From Polynucleobacter yangtzensis (lineage in GTDB: Bacteria > Pseudomonadota > Gammaproteobacteria > Burkholderiales > Burkholderiaceae): a stretch of 32,000 bases of DNA. Location: the NCBI RefSeq assembly GCF_001595965.1, contig NZ_LOJI01000001.1, positions 246,178 through 278,177 on the forward strand, given 5' to 3'. Position 1 is the first letter of the stretch. Each line of letters opens with the position of its first letter. The notes under the pieces are model-generated. The model did not search any database, was not told where the DNA came from, and saw only the letters and a list, made by a program, of their open reading frames with translations. This document shows, piece by piece, positions 10,527 through 18,522 of this stretch. A program made the translations under genes and the position numbers.

Positions 10527-10922
10527 TTAGAGCGGTTTGGGCGTTTCGCCCCTTAAATAGTCCCTAAACATTTTTAACTCTTGCGGCGATTTAGTAGTAA
10601 TAGTGGGCCCTGTTGTAGCGGGTGACTTAGGTTGTGAAGGTGCAATCGTTTTAGCTTGAGCAACTGGCTTAGCTACTTTTTGCTGTACAGCTTGTGCTGG
10701 CCTAGTTACTGGAGCAGGCATAGCTCTTTGAAGCAAACTCACCGCCTTGGGTTTAGGTATCTTTGGGGCTTTGGGGGTCTTGGCTTTGGGCTTACTGGCT
10801 TGAGCCGCCTTCTGTTTTGCCTGTGTACTAGCTTGTTGGCTAATGGCACTCCAGGTGTTATTCATAATGATTCGCAATAATCCTAGCTGATCTTCTGCAT
10901 TGGCAATCTCATACATTCTCAT
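10527..10922 (-). CDS. Hypothetical protein with a Lys/Pro/Ala-rich low-complexity region
   Basis: Strong AGGAGA RBS. A ~30-aa N-terminal segment is followed by QAKQKAAQASKPKAKTPKAPKIPKPKA...KVAKPVAQAK repeats. Confidence 0.65.
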   Translation of the reverse strand: MRMYEIANAEDQLGLLRIIMNNTWSAISQQASTQAKQKAAQASKPKAKTPKAPKIPKPKAVSLLQRAMPAPVTRPAQAVQQKVAKPVAQAKTIAPSQPKSPATTGPTITTKSPQELKMFRDYLRGETPKPL

Positions 10923-10977
10923 GGCTTTCTCCTTTCCTTATATTTATCGGATCGTCTAGGATTTAGACGATCCCCAC

Positions 10978-11127
10978 CTAAACCTCTGTTGGCAAATGCA
11001 CCACATTGTTTGCACCATACTGCCCTTGCAATAAGAAATAAGCGGCTTGACTGTTATCGGCAACTACTTGAGTTTGCACTACCCAGCCCTGCGGCTGTAT
11101 ACGTACGTAGGCTACATATGTTTTCAT
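10978..11127 (-). CDS. Small hypothetical protein (49 aa)
   Basis: My own translation gives MKTYVAYVRIQPQGWVVQTQVVADNSQAAYFLLQGQYGANNVVHLPTEV. A 10-bp-stem hairpin, GGATCGTCTA-ggatt-TAGACGATCC (10949-10973), follows it. Confidence 0.35.
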   Translation of the reverse strand: MKTYVAYVRIQPQGWVVQTQVVADNSQAAYFLLQGQYGANNVVHLPTEV

Positions 11128-11183
11128 TTAATCCATCCATAGAAAAAGAGCTAACACTAGGATTAGCATTAGCTCGTGGTTAC

Positions 11184-11621
11184 TCACTTACCAAACCCAG
11201 CACGTACAGCGCCACTGGCTTGCTCTATCTGGGTATCTAACTCCCCCGCTTCTACAGCGCCTTTGATAATCTCTAAGGCTTTGATAAGCTCATCTGCAGT
11301 GGCAACTTCTACGGCTGTTTTGCCTTTTGCAAACTCAATCACGCGGCTTCCATAGCGAACGTTTAGGCAAACCTTGCCGTCACTAGACACAAACCACCAC
11401 TGACGTACACGCTTTTGATGCTCTACGGTTTTGCGAGAGCCGTCATAGTCTTTAACTGATTTAAATTTCTTAACAGTAAAAGTATTGCCTTCGCGTTGGG
11501 CCTTCGCAAGTTGGATCTGCTCCCATACTTTTGTAGAGAGCTTATTGCGTCGCTGCAAAATGGGTGGGATAGACGTTGGCTTTTTAGAGTTAACCATTTT
11601 CAAACTGTTTAATGTGCTCAT
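11184..11621 (-). CDS. Hypothetical island protein
   Basis: 145 aa with an AGGAGA RBS 7 nt upstream. It is transcribed divergently from 11767-12150. I recognised no catalytic motif. Confidence 0.6.
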   Translation of the reverse strand: MSTLNSLKMVNSKKPTSIPPILQRRNKLSTKVWEQIQLAKAQREGNTFTVKKFKSVKDYDGSRKTVEHQKRVRQWWFVSSDGKVCLNVRYGSRVIEFAKGKTAVEVATADELIKALEIIKGAVEAGELDTQIEQASGAVRAGFGK

Positions 11622-11675
11622 TTCATTTCTCCTTTGTAGTTAATGGGCACACTTAATTTATGGTCAGAGTTTTTG

Positions 11676-11687
11676 GTTGGACAACCT
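11676..11687 (-). promoter_or_regulatory. Shared promoter/operator motif AGGTTGTCCAAC (-35 region) upstream of 11184-11621
   Basis: Minus strand reads GGTTGTCCAAC-N..-ATAAAT, that is TTGTCC, a 17-nt spacer and ATAAAT, about 55 nt before the ATG. The same 12-mer recurs upstream of the integrase. Confidence 0.5.
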
Positions 11688-11766
11688 CTTTTTGCCAATA
11701 TCTGCCAGAACCAAAGGATTTAAGCCAGATCTGTTCTTCTTTTATTAGGTTTTGCTAAATACTTTT

Positions 11767-12150
11767 ATGAACTACAAGAAGAAACGATTAACTGAGGCAC
11801 AGTTTCAAATTAACAATCGTCAAAAGTACGATTCGAAAGTTACTAACAGCCTTCTAAAAGCTAATGGACTTAATCCGCAGACTTTTTCAACAATGCCTCT
11901 TGAATTAGTGCAAGCCCGCATCGTTGCAGTAGAACTACTCAAAAATTACTCACAATTTTTAACAAAACATCAAACTAAGGCACTCAATAAATTCAAAAGC
12001 AAAACCGCAGATAAAAAGAAATGCAATCAACTTAGCCCTACTTTGGCTTATCCGATACTCAATCTAGCAACCAAAATCAAAAGACAGGCTCATAAACAAG
12101 AACTGCAAGCAAGGCAAACTATCCAGGAACTAAGGTACAACCAACCTTAA
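11767..12150 (+). CDS. Hypothetical basic protein
   Basis: Track ORF 11752-12150. The first ATG is at 11767 (MNYKKKRLTEAQ...). The protein is Lys/Gln-rich. Confidence 0.5.
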   Translation: MNYKKKRLTEAQFQINNRQKYDSKVTNSLLKANGLNPQTFSTMPLELVQARIVAVELLKNYSQFLTKHQTKALNKFKSKTADKKKCNQLSPTLAYPILNLATKIKRQAHKQELQARQTIQELRYNQP

Positions 12151-12486
12151 CAAACAGGTACAAACGCGGGTTGTAATACGTCGGCTAATGAGCCCGCACT
12201 TGGCATAACTGCTCTAAAGGTTATGCAATACAAGTAGGCCGCAAGATTCCTAGATTTTCTAGGTTTGAAGTTTTAATACATCTGTCTTCAATAAATCTTT
12301 TTAGAGTCGTGTTGCTGAGGAACTCATCGTACCAATCTACACGTAGCGGCGGCTTTAGTACTTTCATAGTGCTATAGCCGTCGTTTGACTAAAGAATCTA
12401 TCAACCAATCAGCAATCAAAAGAAAGAAGATATGTGTGAGCGGAAGCGAAACACAGGACGAATGCAGTTCGTCCAATAAGGCTTGA

Positions 12487-12846
12487 TTAGATATTTAAAT
12501 TTTGTTCAAGTTGAGTATAAAAATCTGGCATTTCTTCTTTAGTAATTTCCCAACCAGAGCAGTTATTTCTGACTGAATCCCACAACCCCCAACCACCAAA
12601 AGCAACTACTGCTTGTCCAACCAGACCCATTACAGAGTCAATGATTTCCTGAGCCGTTGCTGTTGAGCCATCTTCATACGCACAGAGAACTGCAATGGGA
12701 ACCCCTTCATTGATAGCCATTGACTTTCCAAGATATCCTTTTGAGTCTTGTGACCGAATTCGCTCATCTAAAGCTACTGAGAAATTTTTTAATTCAAGCT
12801 GAATGGGGAAATTTTCAAATTCAAATATGGCGGCAACAGTTTTCAT
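12487..12846 (-). CDS. Hypothetical protein
   Basis: 119 aa, acidic and AT-rich, with no RBS and no recognisable motif. A hairpin, GGACGAA-tgcag-TTCGTCC, lies downstream at 12455-12473. Confidence 0.5.
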   Translation of the reverse strand: MKTVAAIFEFENFPIQLELKNFSVALDERIRSQDSKGYLGKSMAINEGVPIAVLCAYEDGSTATAQEIIDSVMGLVGQAVVAFGGWGLWDSVRNNCSGWEITKEEMPDFYTQLEQNLNI

Positions 12847-12859
12847 TTAAATTTTTATG

Positions 12860-12880
12860 AAATGTAATTGAATTGCATTT
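12860..12880. repeat. Imperfect palindrome AAATGTAATTGAATTGCATTT containing the AAATGTAAT half-site
   Basis: One of four AAATGTAAT/ATTACATTT occurrences in the 390-bp intergenic region upstream of the short recombinase. Confidence 0.7.
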
Positions 12881-12992
12881 TACCTGACTGGGTATAGACG
12901 CAAAATCACCACCCTGAATCTATAAGTACTTCATATAAATTTTTCGCAGCTCTATTTTTAAAGGGCACAGGACCCATTCGGGTATCAAATTA

Positions 12993-13064
12993 TTCGTTTA
13001 AGCGGTGATCTAGCTCACCCGCATACATGGGTAGCTGAGGGCTAAATATATATGCTTAAACGAA
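12993..13064. repeat. Long imperfect hairpin closed by an 11-bp perfect inverted repeat TTCGTTTAAGC / GCTTAAACGAA
   Basis: The arms lie at 12993-13003 and 13054-13064. There is inner pairing between AGCTCACCC and GGGTAGCT. Confidence 0.6.
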
Positions 13065-13091
13065 GGATTTAGCTGTGGCATTTAAGCCACG

Positions 13092-13123
13092 AAATGTAAT
13101 AGAAGTATGAAACTATTACATTT
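13092..13123. repeat. Inverted repeat AAATGTAATAG-N10-CTATTACATTT
   Basis: Perfect 11-bp arms. Confidence 0.8.
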
Positions 13124-13215
13124 AGAGCTAAGTCATTGAAATTGAAAAGATCTTTGTTTTGCCATTTTCGGTTGCTCAAACCAAACATAAGAAAACATAC
13201 TGTAGCTGCTTATTT

Positions 13216-13224
13216 ATTACATTT
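13216..13224. repeat. Half-site ATTACATTT, 12 nt upstream of the recombinase ATG
   Basis: It is the inverted partner of AAATGTAAT at 12860-12868, and the outer pair spans 365 bp. Confidence 0.6.
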
Positions 13225-13236
13225 TGGGAGCTACAT

Positions 13237-13803
13237 ATGTCACAAGCAAAAACACTAAACACAACAGAACTACGCAGAGTTCTTGATCACATCGCTACAC
13301 GCAAGCATTCTGCCCGCAATCGCTGCGCCTTACTTTTAACCCATTACGCAGGAATGCGAGTGGGGGAAGTTGCAGCTCTACGTATTTGCGACGTTTTAAA
13401 CGACAGCGGAACCATTAAAGATGAAATCCGCCTAAGGCCAGAACAAACTAAGGGCAAATACGCTAGAACTGTATATATCAATGCCCGTATGCAAAAAGAA
13501 ATTGCTCAGTACGTTAAATGGATACGAGTTACCGATACCAATAAGCCTTTGTTCTATACCCAAAAACGAGCTGGCTTCTCAGCCAATACGCTTACACAGT
13601 ACTTTCACTTTCTATATAGACGTGCTGGACTTGAAGGTTGCAGCTCACACTCAGGCAGAAGATCATTCTTAACTTCCTTGGCAAACAAGGGCACAGCTAT
13701 ACATATATTGAAGTCCCTAGCGGGCCATCGCAACATTAGTACTACCGCTGGGTATCTATACTCCAGCCCAGACCAGATGAAAGCGGCAGTGGAATTAGTC
13801 TAA
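13237..13803 (+). CDS. Short tyrosine recombinase (catalytic domain only), FimB/FimE-like
   Basis: 188 aa from the ATG with a GGGAG RBS. Motifs are HSARNRCALLLTHYAGMRVGEVAALRICDV (Arg I), HSGRRSF (H-x-x-R) and GHRNISTTAGYLY (His/Tyr). Both size and N-terminal motif layout resemble E. coli FimB/FimE. Confidence 0.8.
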   Translation: MSQAKTLNTTELRRVLDHIATRKHSARNRCALLLTHYAGMRVGEVAALRICDVLNDSGTIKDEIRLRPEQTKGKYARTVYINARMQKEIAQYVKWIRVTDTNKPLFYTQKRAGFSANTLTQYFHFLYRRAGLEGCSSHSGRRSFLTSLANKGTAIHILKSLAGHRNISTTAGYLYSSPDQMKAAVELV

Positions 13804-14574
13804 TAAATCTTCAGCAGGCTCAAAGTAGCCTGCATCTGGAAACCTTCCAACAGTTGCATTGGCTATCAACTTTTTCGTAGTGTCTAGAACATAGTCAAGA
13901 CGATCTAAAAGATTCTTCATTTCATCTGGAGTTACTTTTTCATCAGGCTTTAGGTGCCCCAATAAGCCATATTTTTGCGCTAGCTTATATGCAACAAAAC
14001 CTTGCTTTTGTGATTCTGACTGATATTCAAGATAGATTTTTAAATCGCGATTGATTCGATCGAACCCAAATTTCAGATTGTCTTTAAAAAGTCTTGTAGG
14101 GGCGGTACTTTCATCCCATCGATTGTATTTCTTTAGATTTTGATACTCTTCTTGAGCTCGCAAAATCTTATCGAATTGTTCTTTTAACTTATCGAGCGAC
14201 AAATTAAGCGGAATCTCCAATACCAGAGTTGATGGCTTAAGTTCCTTATTCGATCGTTTGATTTTGTAATCAAGTGAAACGGGCTTAATTGTTCTATACG
14301 GAACTTTTTCTTTAAAAATCCTGTGCCCTCTAATCTTCCACCATTCTTTAAAGTTGAGTTGGCTCAAGTCCCCGAACCTTCTATAGGTATGAGCCATAGC
14401 CACATTTCTAAATCTTCTGGTTGACTGTATTTCAGCGTACCAATGGGAGGCCTTCAGCACATTAAACCAAGCTTCATACATTGACCCCTCAGCTTTAGAG
14501 GCGGCAACCTCGACATCAAACCCCCATACATCGTTCTCGACGGGGAAACCTTTGTAGAAATTTAAATAGTCCAT
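13795..14574 (-). CDS. Hypothetical protein
   Basis: 259 aa. It overlaps the recombinase 3' end convergently by 9 nt. No motif recognised. Confidence 0.55.
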   Translation of the reverse strand: MDYLNFYKGFPVENDVWGFDVEVAASKAEGSMYEAWFNVLKASHWYAEIQSTRRFRNVAMAHTYRRFGDLSQLNFKEWWKIRGHRIFKEKVPYRTIKPVSLDYKIKRSNKELKPSTLVLEIPLNLSLDKLKEQFDKILRAQEEYQNLKKYNRWDESTAPTRLFKDNLKFGFDRINRDLKIYLEYQSESQKQGFVAYKLAQKYGLLGHLKPDEKVTPDEMKNLLDRLDYVLDTTKKLIANATVGRFPDAGYFEPAEDLLD

Positions 14575-14710
14575 TTATTTGTTCGGAAAAGTTGATAGTT
14601 CAGGTTTTTCGAATTTTCAGACGCTAAAACGCTCTCTAGAATTTTTTACAAGTAACGCAATCCTCTTAAAAACTTTATCAACCTGCGTTACGAAAAAGAA
14701 AGGTAACAAC

Positions 14711-15520
14711 ATGGAAATTCTAGCAAACGAAGCGGTAGAAGTAAAAGTGTCATCAGCTACGCTAGTAGCCAATGATGACAAAACATTTGGCAATGTCATG
14801 GCAAAAGTGTCAGCAACACCTATGCATTACTCAGTTGCCGACATCAAAGCAATGGAGGCGGCTCGTATTCACTGGGAGCAGGGGTCTTTGCGTAAAAGCA
14901 ATGAGGAGCTGTATCTAGTTTTACAAGATTGCAAAGCATTCTGCAAAGACTTGCCTTCTGCTGAAGCTAAGCAGCGTTCAGACTCATTAGCAAAGTTCTA
15001 CAAAGAGCGTGGCTGGCGTTACAACAAGGAAACACCCATTGAGACTCGCGTACTTCGCGCTGTCTTTGGGATGGAAAACCGTCGTCGCATCAGCAGCTAC
15101 TCCTTAGTGCTGCGCGAATCCAAAAAGCAGCGTGTTGGCGTTTCAAACTTAGCAGCTTGGATTGACGAGATGGGTGGCGTACAAGAAATTCGCCTTTCTC
15201 AAAGCAAGACTTTCATCTCGCCCGCTGAGAAGGCGCAGATCATGAAGGAACGTCTTGCTTCTCGTGGCTTCTTTATTGGCTTTGCTAAGTCCGAGCTGTT
15301 ATCGCATGTTGCTGACGCTGAGCACATGGGAGATGACTGCGTAATGCTGGGCAATCAACAACCAGATGGTTCATTTGGAGTTTACGCAGTACTTCGCTCT
15401 TCAGGTGTTTTGACAGCAGCTTATGTAGCCGCGTATGCAAAAGCTGAGGAAATCGAAGCTCAAGCGAAAAAAGAAATTGAGGCCGCTAACGATGCGGATG
15501 GAAAGCCTGTAGCGGCTTAA
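14711..15520 (+). CDS. Hypothetical protein with a coiled-coil C-terminus
   Basis: I call the start at Met45 of track ORF 14579 (MEILANEAVE...), preceded by AAAGG. This is the first gene of a four-gene same-strand cluster. Confidence 0.55.
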   Translation: MEILANEAVEVKVSSATLVANDDKTFGNVMAKVSATPMHYSVADIKAMEAARIHWEQGSLRKSNEELYLVLQDCKAFCKDLPSAEAKQRSDSLAKFYKERGWRYNKETPIETRVLRAVFGMENRRRISSYSLVLRESKKQRVGVSNLAAWIDEMGGVQEIRLSQSKTFISPAEKAQIMKERLASRGFFIGFAKSELLSHVADAEHMGDDCVMLGNQQPDGSFGVYAVLRSSGVLTAAYVAAYAKAEEIEAQAKKEIEAANDADGKPVAA

Positions 15521-15574
15521 CGAACCTGGTGGCAACTGCTACAGGTTGCCACCAACCATCACTGAGGAAAAGAC

Positions 15575-16246
15575 ATGTTTAATCAAGATGAAATTAGCCC
15601 TAAAACTCCCGATGACTTCATTTACAGCAATGAAGAATCACGCCTGCGCATTAAGGATGTTGTGACTGGTGCACAACCTTTGCCATATGCAGGCAAGAGC
15701 GGCGTATTGTTGTACGGCATTTATGGCACAGGTAAAACCACGCTTGCCAATATGCTTCCCAATGCAATTGAAAAAGGCACAACTGGACATGTTCAGGCAT
15801 TGCCTGAGTCATACATCGGCTGTCGCCAAGGCTTAAATGGCGTTCAGGTTTCGCAAACAATTGACAAGATTCTTTCGACGCAATCATTAAATGCCAGCGG
15901 CAAGCATTACATCATTTTGGATGAGGTGGATGTTCTGACTAAACAGGCACAAGAAAGTCTTAAGTCATCTCTGAATACAACACGTGGCGTATTTGTATTA
16001 ACCACCAATAGCGTATCTAAGCTAGATAAAGGCCTACTTGATCGCTGCATTTTAGTTGAGATGAATGCTGCTGATCCAGAAACCTATCTGCCAATAGCTC
16101 ACAAGGTTGTCGCAGCTCACGATGTCGTTTTAAACGACGAAGAGTTGATTCCGACTATCAAAGGGGCAAATGGATCGCTACGTAATGTCATTAACAACGT
16201 AGCTCGTCAAGCACGTCGAGCCAAATCTAATCAAGCTGCTAACTAA
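15575..16246 (+). CDS. AAA+ ATPase, clamp-loader (RFC/gp44/DnaX)-like
   Basis: Walker A GIYGTGKTT, Walker B YIILDEVD, sensor-1 VLTTN, and LLDRCILVEM in place of the SRC box. GAGGAAAA RBS. Confidence 0.75.
   Translation: MFNQDEISPKTPDDFIYSNEESRLRIKDVVTGAQPLPYAGKSGVLLYGIYGTGKTTLANMLPNAIEKGTTGHVQALPESYIGCRQGLNGVQVSQTIDKILSTQSLNASGKHYIILDEVDVLTKQAQESLKSSLNTTRGVFVLTTNSVSKLDKGLLDRCILVEMNAADPETYLPIAHKVVAAHDVVLNDEELIPTIKGANGSLRNVINNVARQARRAKSNQAAN
16121..16138. repeat. Palindrome-family copy GATGTCGTTTTAAACGAC inside the AAA+ CDS
   Basis: 7-bp arms GTCGTTT/AAACGAC, encoding HDVVLND. Confidence 0.7.
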
Positions 16247-16256
16247 GGAGAAAATC

Positions 16257-16553
16257 ATGCCAGCACCACACACACGCAAAAATGCTATTGCAGCAGAACA
16301 CACTGAAGTTACTAATGCTTATGCGATTCGCGTTACAAATGCAAAGTATCGCTCTGCAAATATTAATGGAGTGATCGAGCTTGCTAATGGCAAGAACTCT
16401 TTTCATGTTTTGGGTCAGGAACTTTGTGCTAAAGCAAAGCTGGCATGGTTTGACATGGAATTTAAAAAAGGGTTTCGCTCAATCAATTTGAGTGGCGCTC
16501 AAGTACAGATTTTGCCTAATTACACAGGCGAAGTTATTTCTAAACTTGCTTAA
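16257..16553 (+). CDS. Hypothetical protein
   Basis: 98 aa with a GGAGAAAA RBS, 10 nt after the AAA+ stop codon. Confidence 0.55.
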   Translation: MPAPHTRKNAIAAEHTEVTNAYAIRVTNAKYRSANINGVIELANGKNSFHVLGQELCAKAKLAWFDMEFKKGFRSINLSGAQVQILPNYTGEVISKLA

Positions 16554-16562
16554 GGGGCGACT

Positions 16563-17162
16563 ATGCGAGAGCTTATTGGAAATGAAAAAGAAGTTAAGTT
16601 TATTTTTTTTCGTCACGGCATTGATTACACACTACCCACGCCGAGCAATGTAAAGAAATTTTTAGGAACCAAATCTGCTGGTTTTTATAAAGCCGATGGT
16701 CATTATGCGGGAAATATTCATCAATTCAGTCATGTCTTAGATATAGTACATAGTGGTCTTAGCCTTAATTCAGTCATAGGTCATTGGCACCATGGACCGT
16801 GTTATATGAATACCGTATTACGTTTAGGTGGCGATGCCAAACGTAATGTTATGTTTGATCTAACACATAGTGAAGTTATTGTTGATCATTTAACTTTAAC
16901 TAAAGAATCTTTGGATCAACTTTGGGACATTTGCCAAGAAACATACAATACTGTTAACTCTATAAAGCAAGCAAAGAGCTTAATCAAACAAACTCAGGAT
17001 CTTGAAAAAACTGTAAACAAAAATAAGTTAATTGATCCATCATTGAAAGATTCTACGGAGCTACTTAAATCTGAGTGCTTCTTAAATTTTGCAAATCCAA
17101 CCTTAAAATTTTTAGAAGAAAAAATTAAGGGTTGGTACAAGTCTGCTAAATGGCTTGAATAG
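16563..17162 (+). CDS. Hypothetical protein (AT-rich)
   Basis: 199 aa with a His-rich patch IGHWHHGPC. It starts 9 nt after the preceding stop codon. Confidence 0.5.
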   Translation: MRELIGNEKEVKFIFFRHGIDYTLPTPSNVKKFLGTKSAGFYKADGHYAGNIHQFSHVLDIVHSGLSLNSVIGHWHHGPCYMNTVLRLGGDAKRNVMFDLTHSEVIVDHLTLTKESLDQLWDICQETYNTVNSIKQAKSLIKQTQDLEKTVNKNKLIDPSLKDSTELLKSECFLNFANPTLKFLEEKIKGWYKSAKWLE

Positions 17163-17178
17163 ATTGTTCTCTAGCACA

Positions 17179-18453
17179 TTAGGCCAATTGCTCAGCAGCC
17201 ATCGTAGGGGTTAGCTTGGAATAGTGTCGCTCAATCATGGCGGCGCTATTTCCCATTTGTTTGGCTAGAGTATGAATATCAGTCTTATTTTCAAGTAACT
17301 CCAAAGTGGCGTAAGTATGGCGCAATGAATACAAAGTACGCATCTGCCCATCCTGACTTAACCCCAAACCAGTATCTCTCATTAGTCTTTTAAACGCTCC
17401 GTCAATTCGTGCTGGCTGGTGTCCATCAGCAAATACAAAAATACGATTAGGCGCACGTGATTCAAATAATCTGTCAAATGAAATATCTTTAACGGCTAGC
17501 TGTCTACTATGTAATCGCTTGAGAGCATCTATAGCTTTATGTTTAGCAATTAACCAACGGCCACCTGTTTTGCCACTAACCCATATACGTAGATATTTTT
17601 TATCTCCTTGCGTATGCCATTCAATATTGTTCCAGCAGATATTCAATGCTTCGGTGCCATGCCGCATGCCTGTGTAAAACAAAATCTCCACATAGTCTCT
17701 TAATAATGGGCGGGTTAATTGCTCTATCTCCAATCTGCCATGATTAATCCAATCTTTCATGTACCCCAACAAATAATCCATCTCTTCTCGGCTAAATGCT
17801 GGGCGAGTTTTGCCTTTGTGCCCTCGTGTTGTTAGTTTTGGGATTGCCACCCTCTCACTAATCCAACCTTTATTAACTGCTGTCTGCTGTAACTTTGTCC
17901 AAGCACTGGCAAAGTTCATTAAGGTGCTGGACTTGGGTACTAGCCGCATCTGCCTATTACGCCAAATCTCAAACTCATGAATGTCTGTATAAGTTATTTC
18001 TTCTAGTCGCTTATCCTGAAAGTAAGGTAAAAAGTATTTCTCAATACACGTGATGTAACTTAGATAAACACTCTTTCCAATTCCTTCACCCAAATCACGC
18101 CGCATTTCATAAAGTGTGGCGTGCGCTATTTCTGCGAATGTGGGTGCTTTTTGCGCAAGCCCTAGACGCTGGCGAAATCTAGCTTCATCATATAAATCAC
18201 AGGCAACTCTGACAGCATGCTCAATTGATGCTTGCTTGGTTGAGACTCTGTCCCATGTGTTGTCATGTCGTTTAAAACGACATTGCCAGAGTGGGCTATT
18301 TGGCCTGCGAAAGAGAACTACGTCGCCATCACGCAGATAAAGCTCTGTGGGCTCTGCGTATTTGAGCTGACTTAGGGCTGTGGGTTGGAAATCTTGCTGG
18401 GGTGAGGAGATTACCTCTAGGTGGCTTTCGGGTACTTTAATTACCTTAGTCAC
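17179..18453 (-). CDS. Tyrosine-type site-specific integrase
   Basis: 424 aa. The C-terminal catalytic region has TGMRHGTEAL (Arg), LRHTYATLEL (H-x-x-R context) and IERHYSKL (Tyr). Confidence 0.9.
   Translation of the reverse strand: MTKVIKVPESHLEVISSPQQDFQPTALSQLKYAEPTELYLRDGDVVLFRRPNSPLWQCRFKRHDNTWDRVSTKQASIEHAVRVACDLYDEARFRQRLGLAQKAPTFAEIAHATLYEMRRDLGEGIGKSVYLSYITCIEKYFLPYFQDKRLEEITYTDIHEFEIWRNRQMRLVPKSSTLMNFASAWTKLQQTAVNKGWISERVAIPKLTTRGHKGKTRPAFSREEMDYLLGYMKDWINHGRLEIEQLTRPLLRDYVEILFYTGMRHGTEALNICWNNIEWHTQGDKKYLRIWVSGKTGGRWLIAKHKAIDALKRLHSRQLAVKDISFDRLFESRAPNRIFVFADGHQPARIDGAFKRLMRDTGLGLSQDGQMRTLYSLRHTYATLELLENKTDIHTLAKQMGNSAAMIERHYSKLTPTMAAEQLA
18265..18283. repeat. Perfect 19-bp palindrome ATGTCGTTT-A-AAACGACAT inside the integrase CDS
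   Basis: It is the exact reverse-orientation match of the intergenic copies and overlaps codons RFKRHD. Confidence 0.9.
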
Positions 18454-18504
18454 TTTGTGGGCAGATTACCGTTGTCATACCGCTATTTTATTTTCAGACT
18501 TAGA

Positions 18505-18516
18505 GTTGGACAACCT
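18505..18516 (-). promoter_or_regulatory. Shared promoter/operator motif AGGTTGTCCAAC upstream of the integrase
   Basis: Minus strand reads TTGTCC, a 17-nt spacer, then TAAAAT, about 55 nt before the integrase ATG. Confidence 0.5.
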
Positions 18517-18522
18517 GAACAA

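Noticed and set aside
13159-13236. The longer recombinase start at 13159 from the ORF track.
   Set aside because: That start is TTG with no RBS and would translate the ATTACATTT half-site. The ATG at 13237 has a GGGAG RBS at optimal spacing and gives a FimB/E-like N-terminus.
13795-13803. The 9-nt convergent overlap of the recombinase and the 259-aa ORF (TTAGTCTAA, with both stop codons inside it) might be a regulatory feature.
   Set aside because: Short convergent overlaps at stop codons are common, and nothing else supports a function. I note it only as a coordinate detail.
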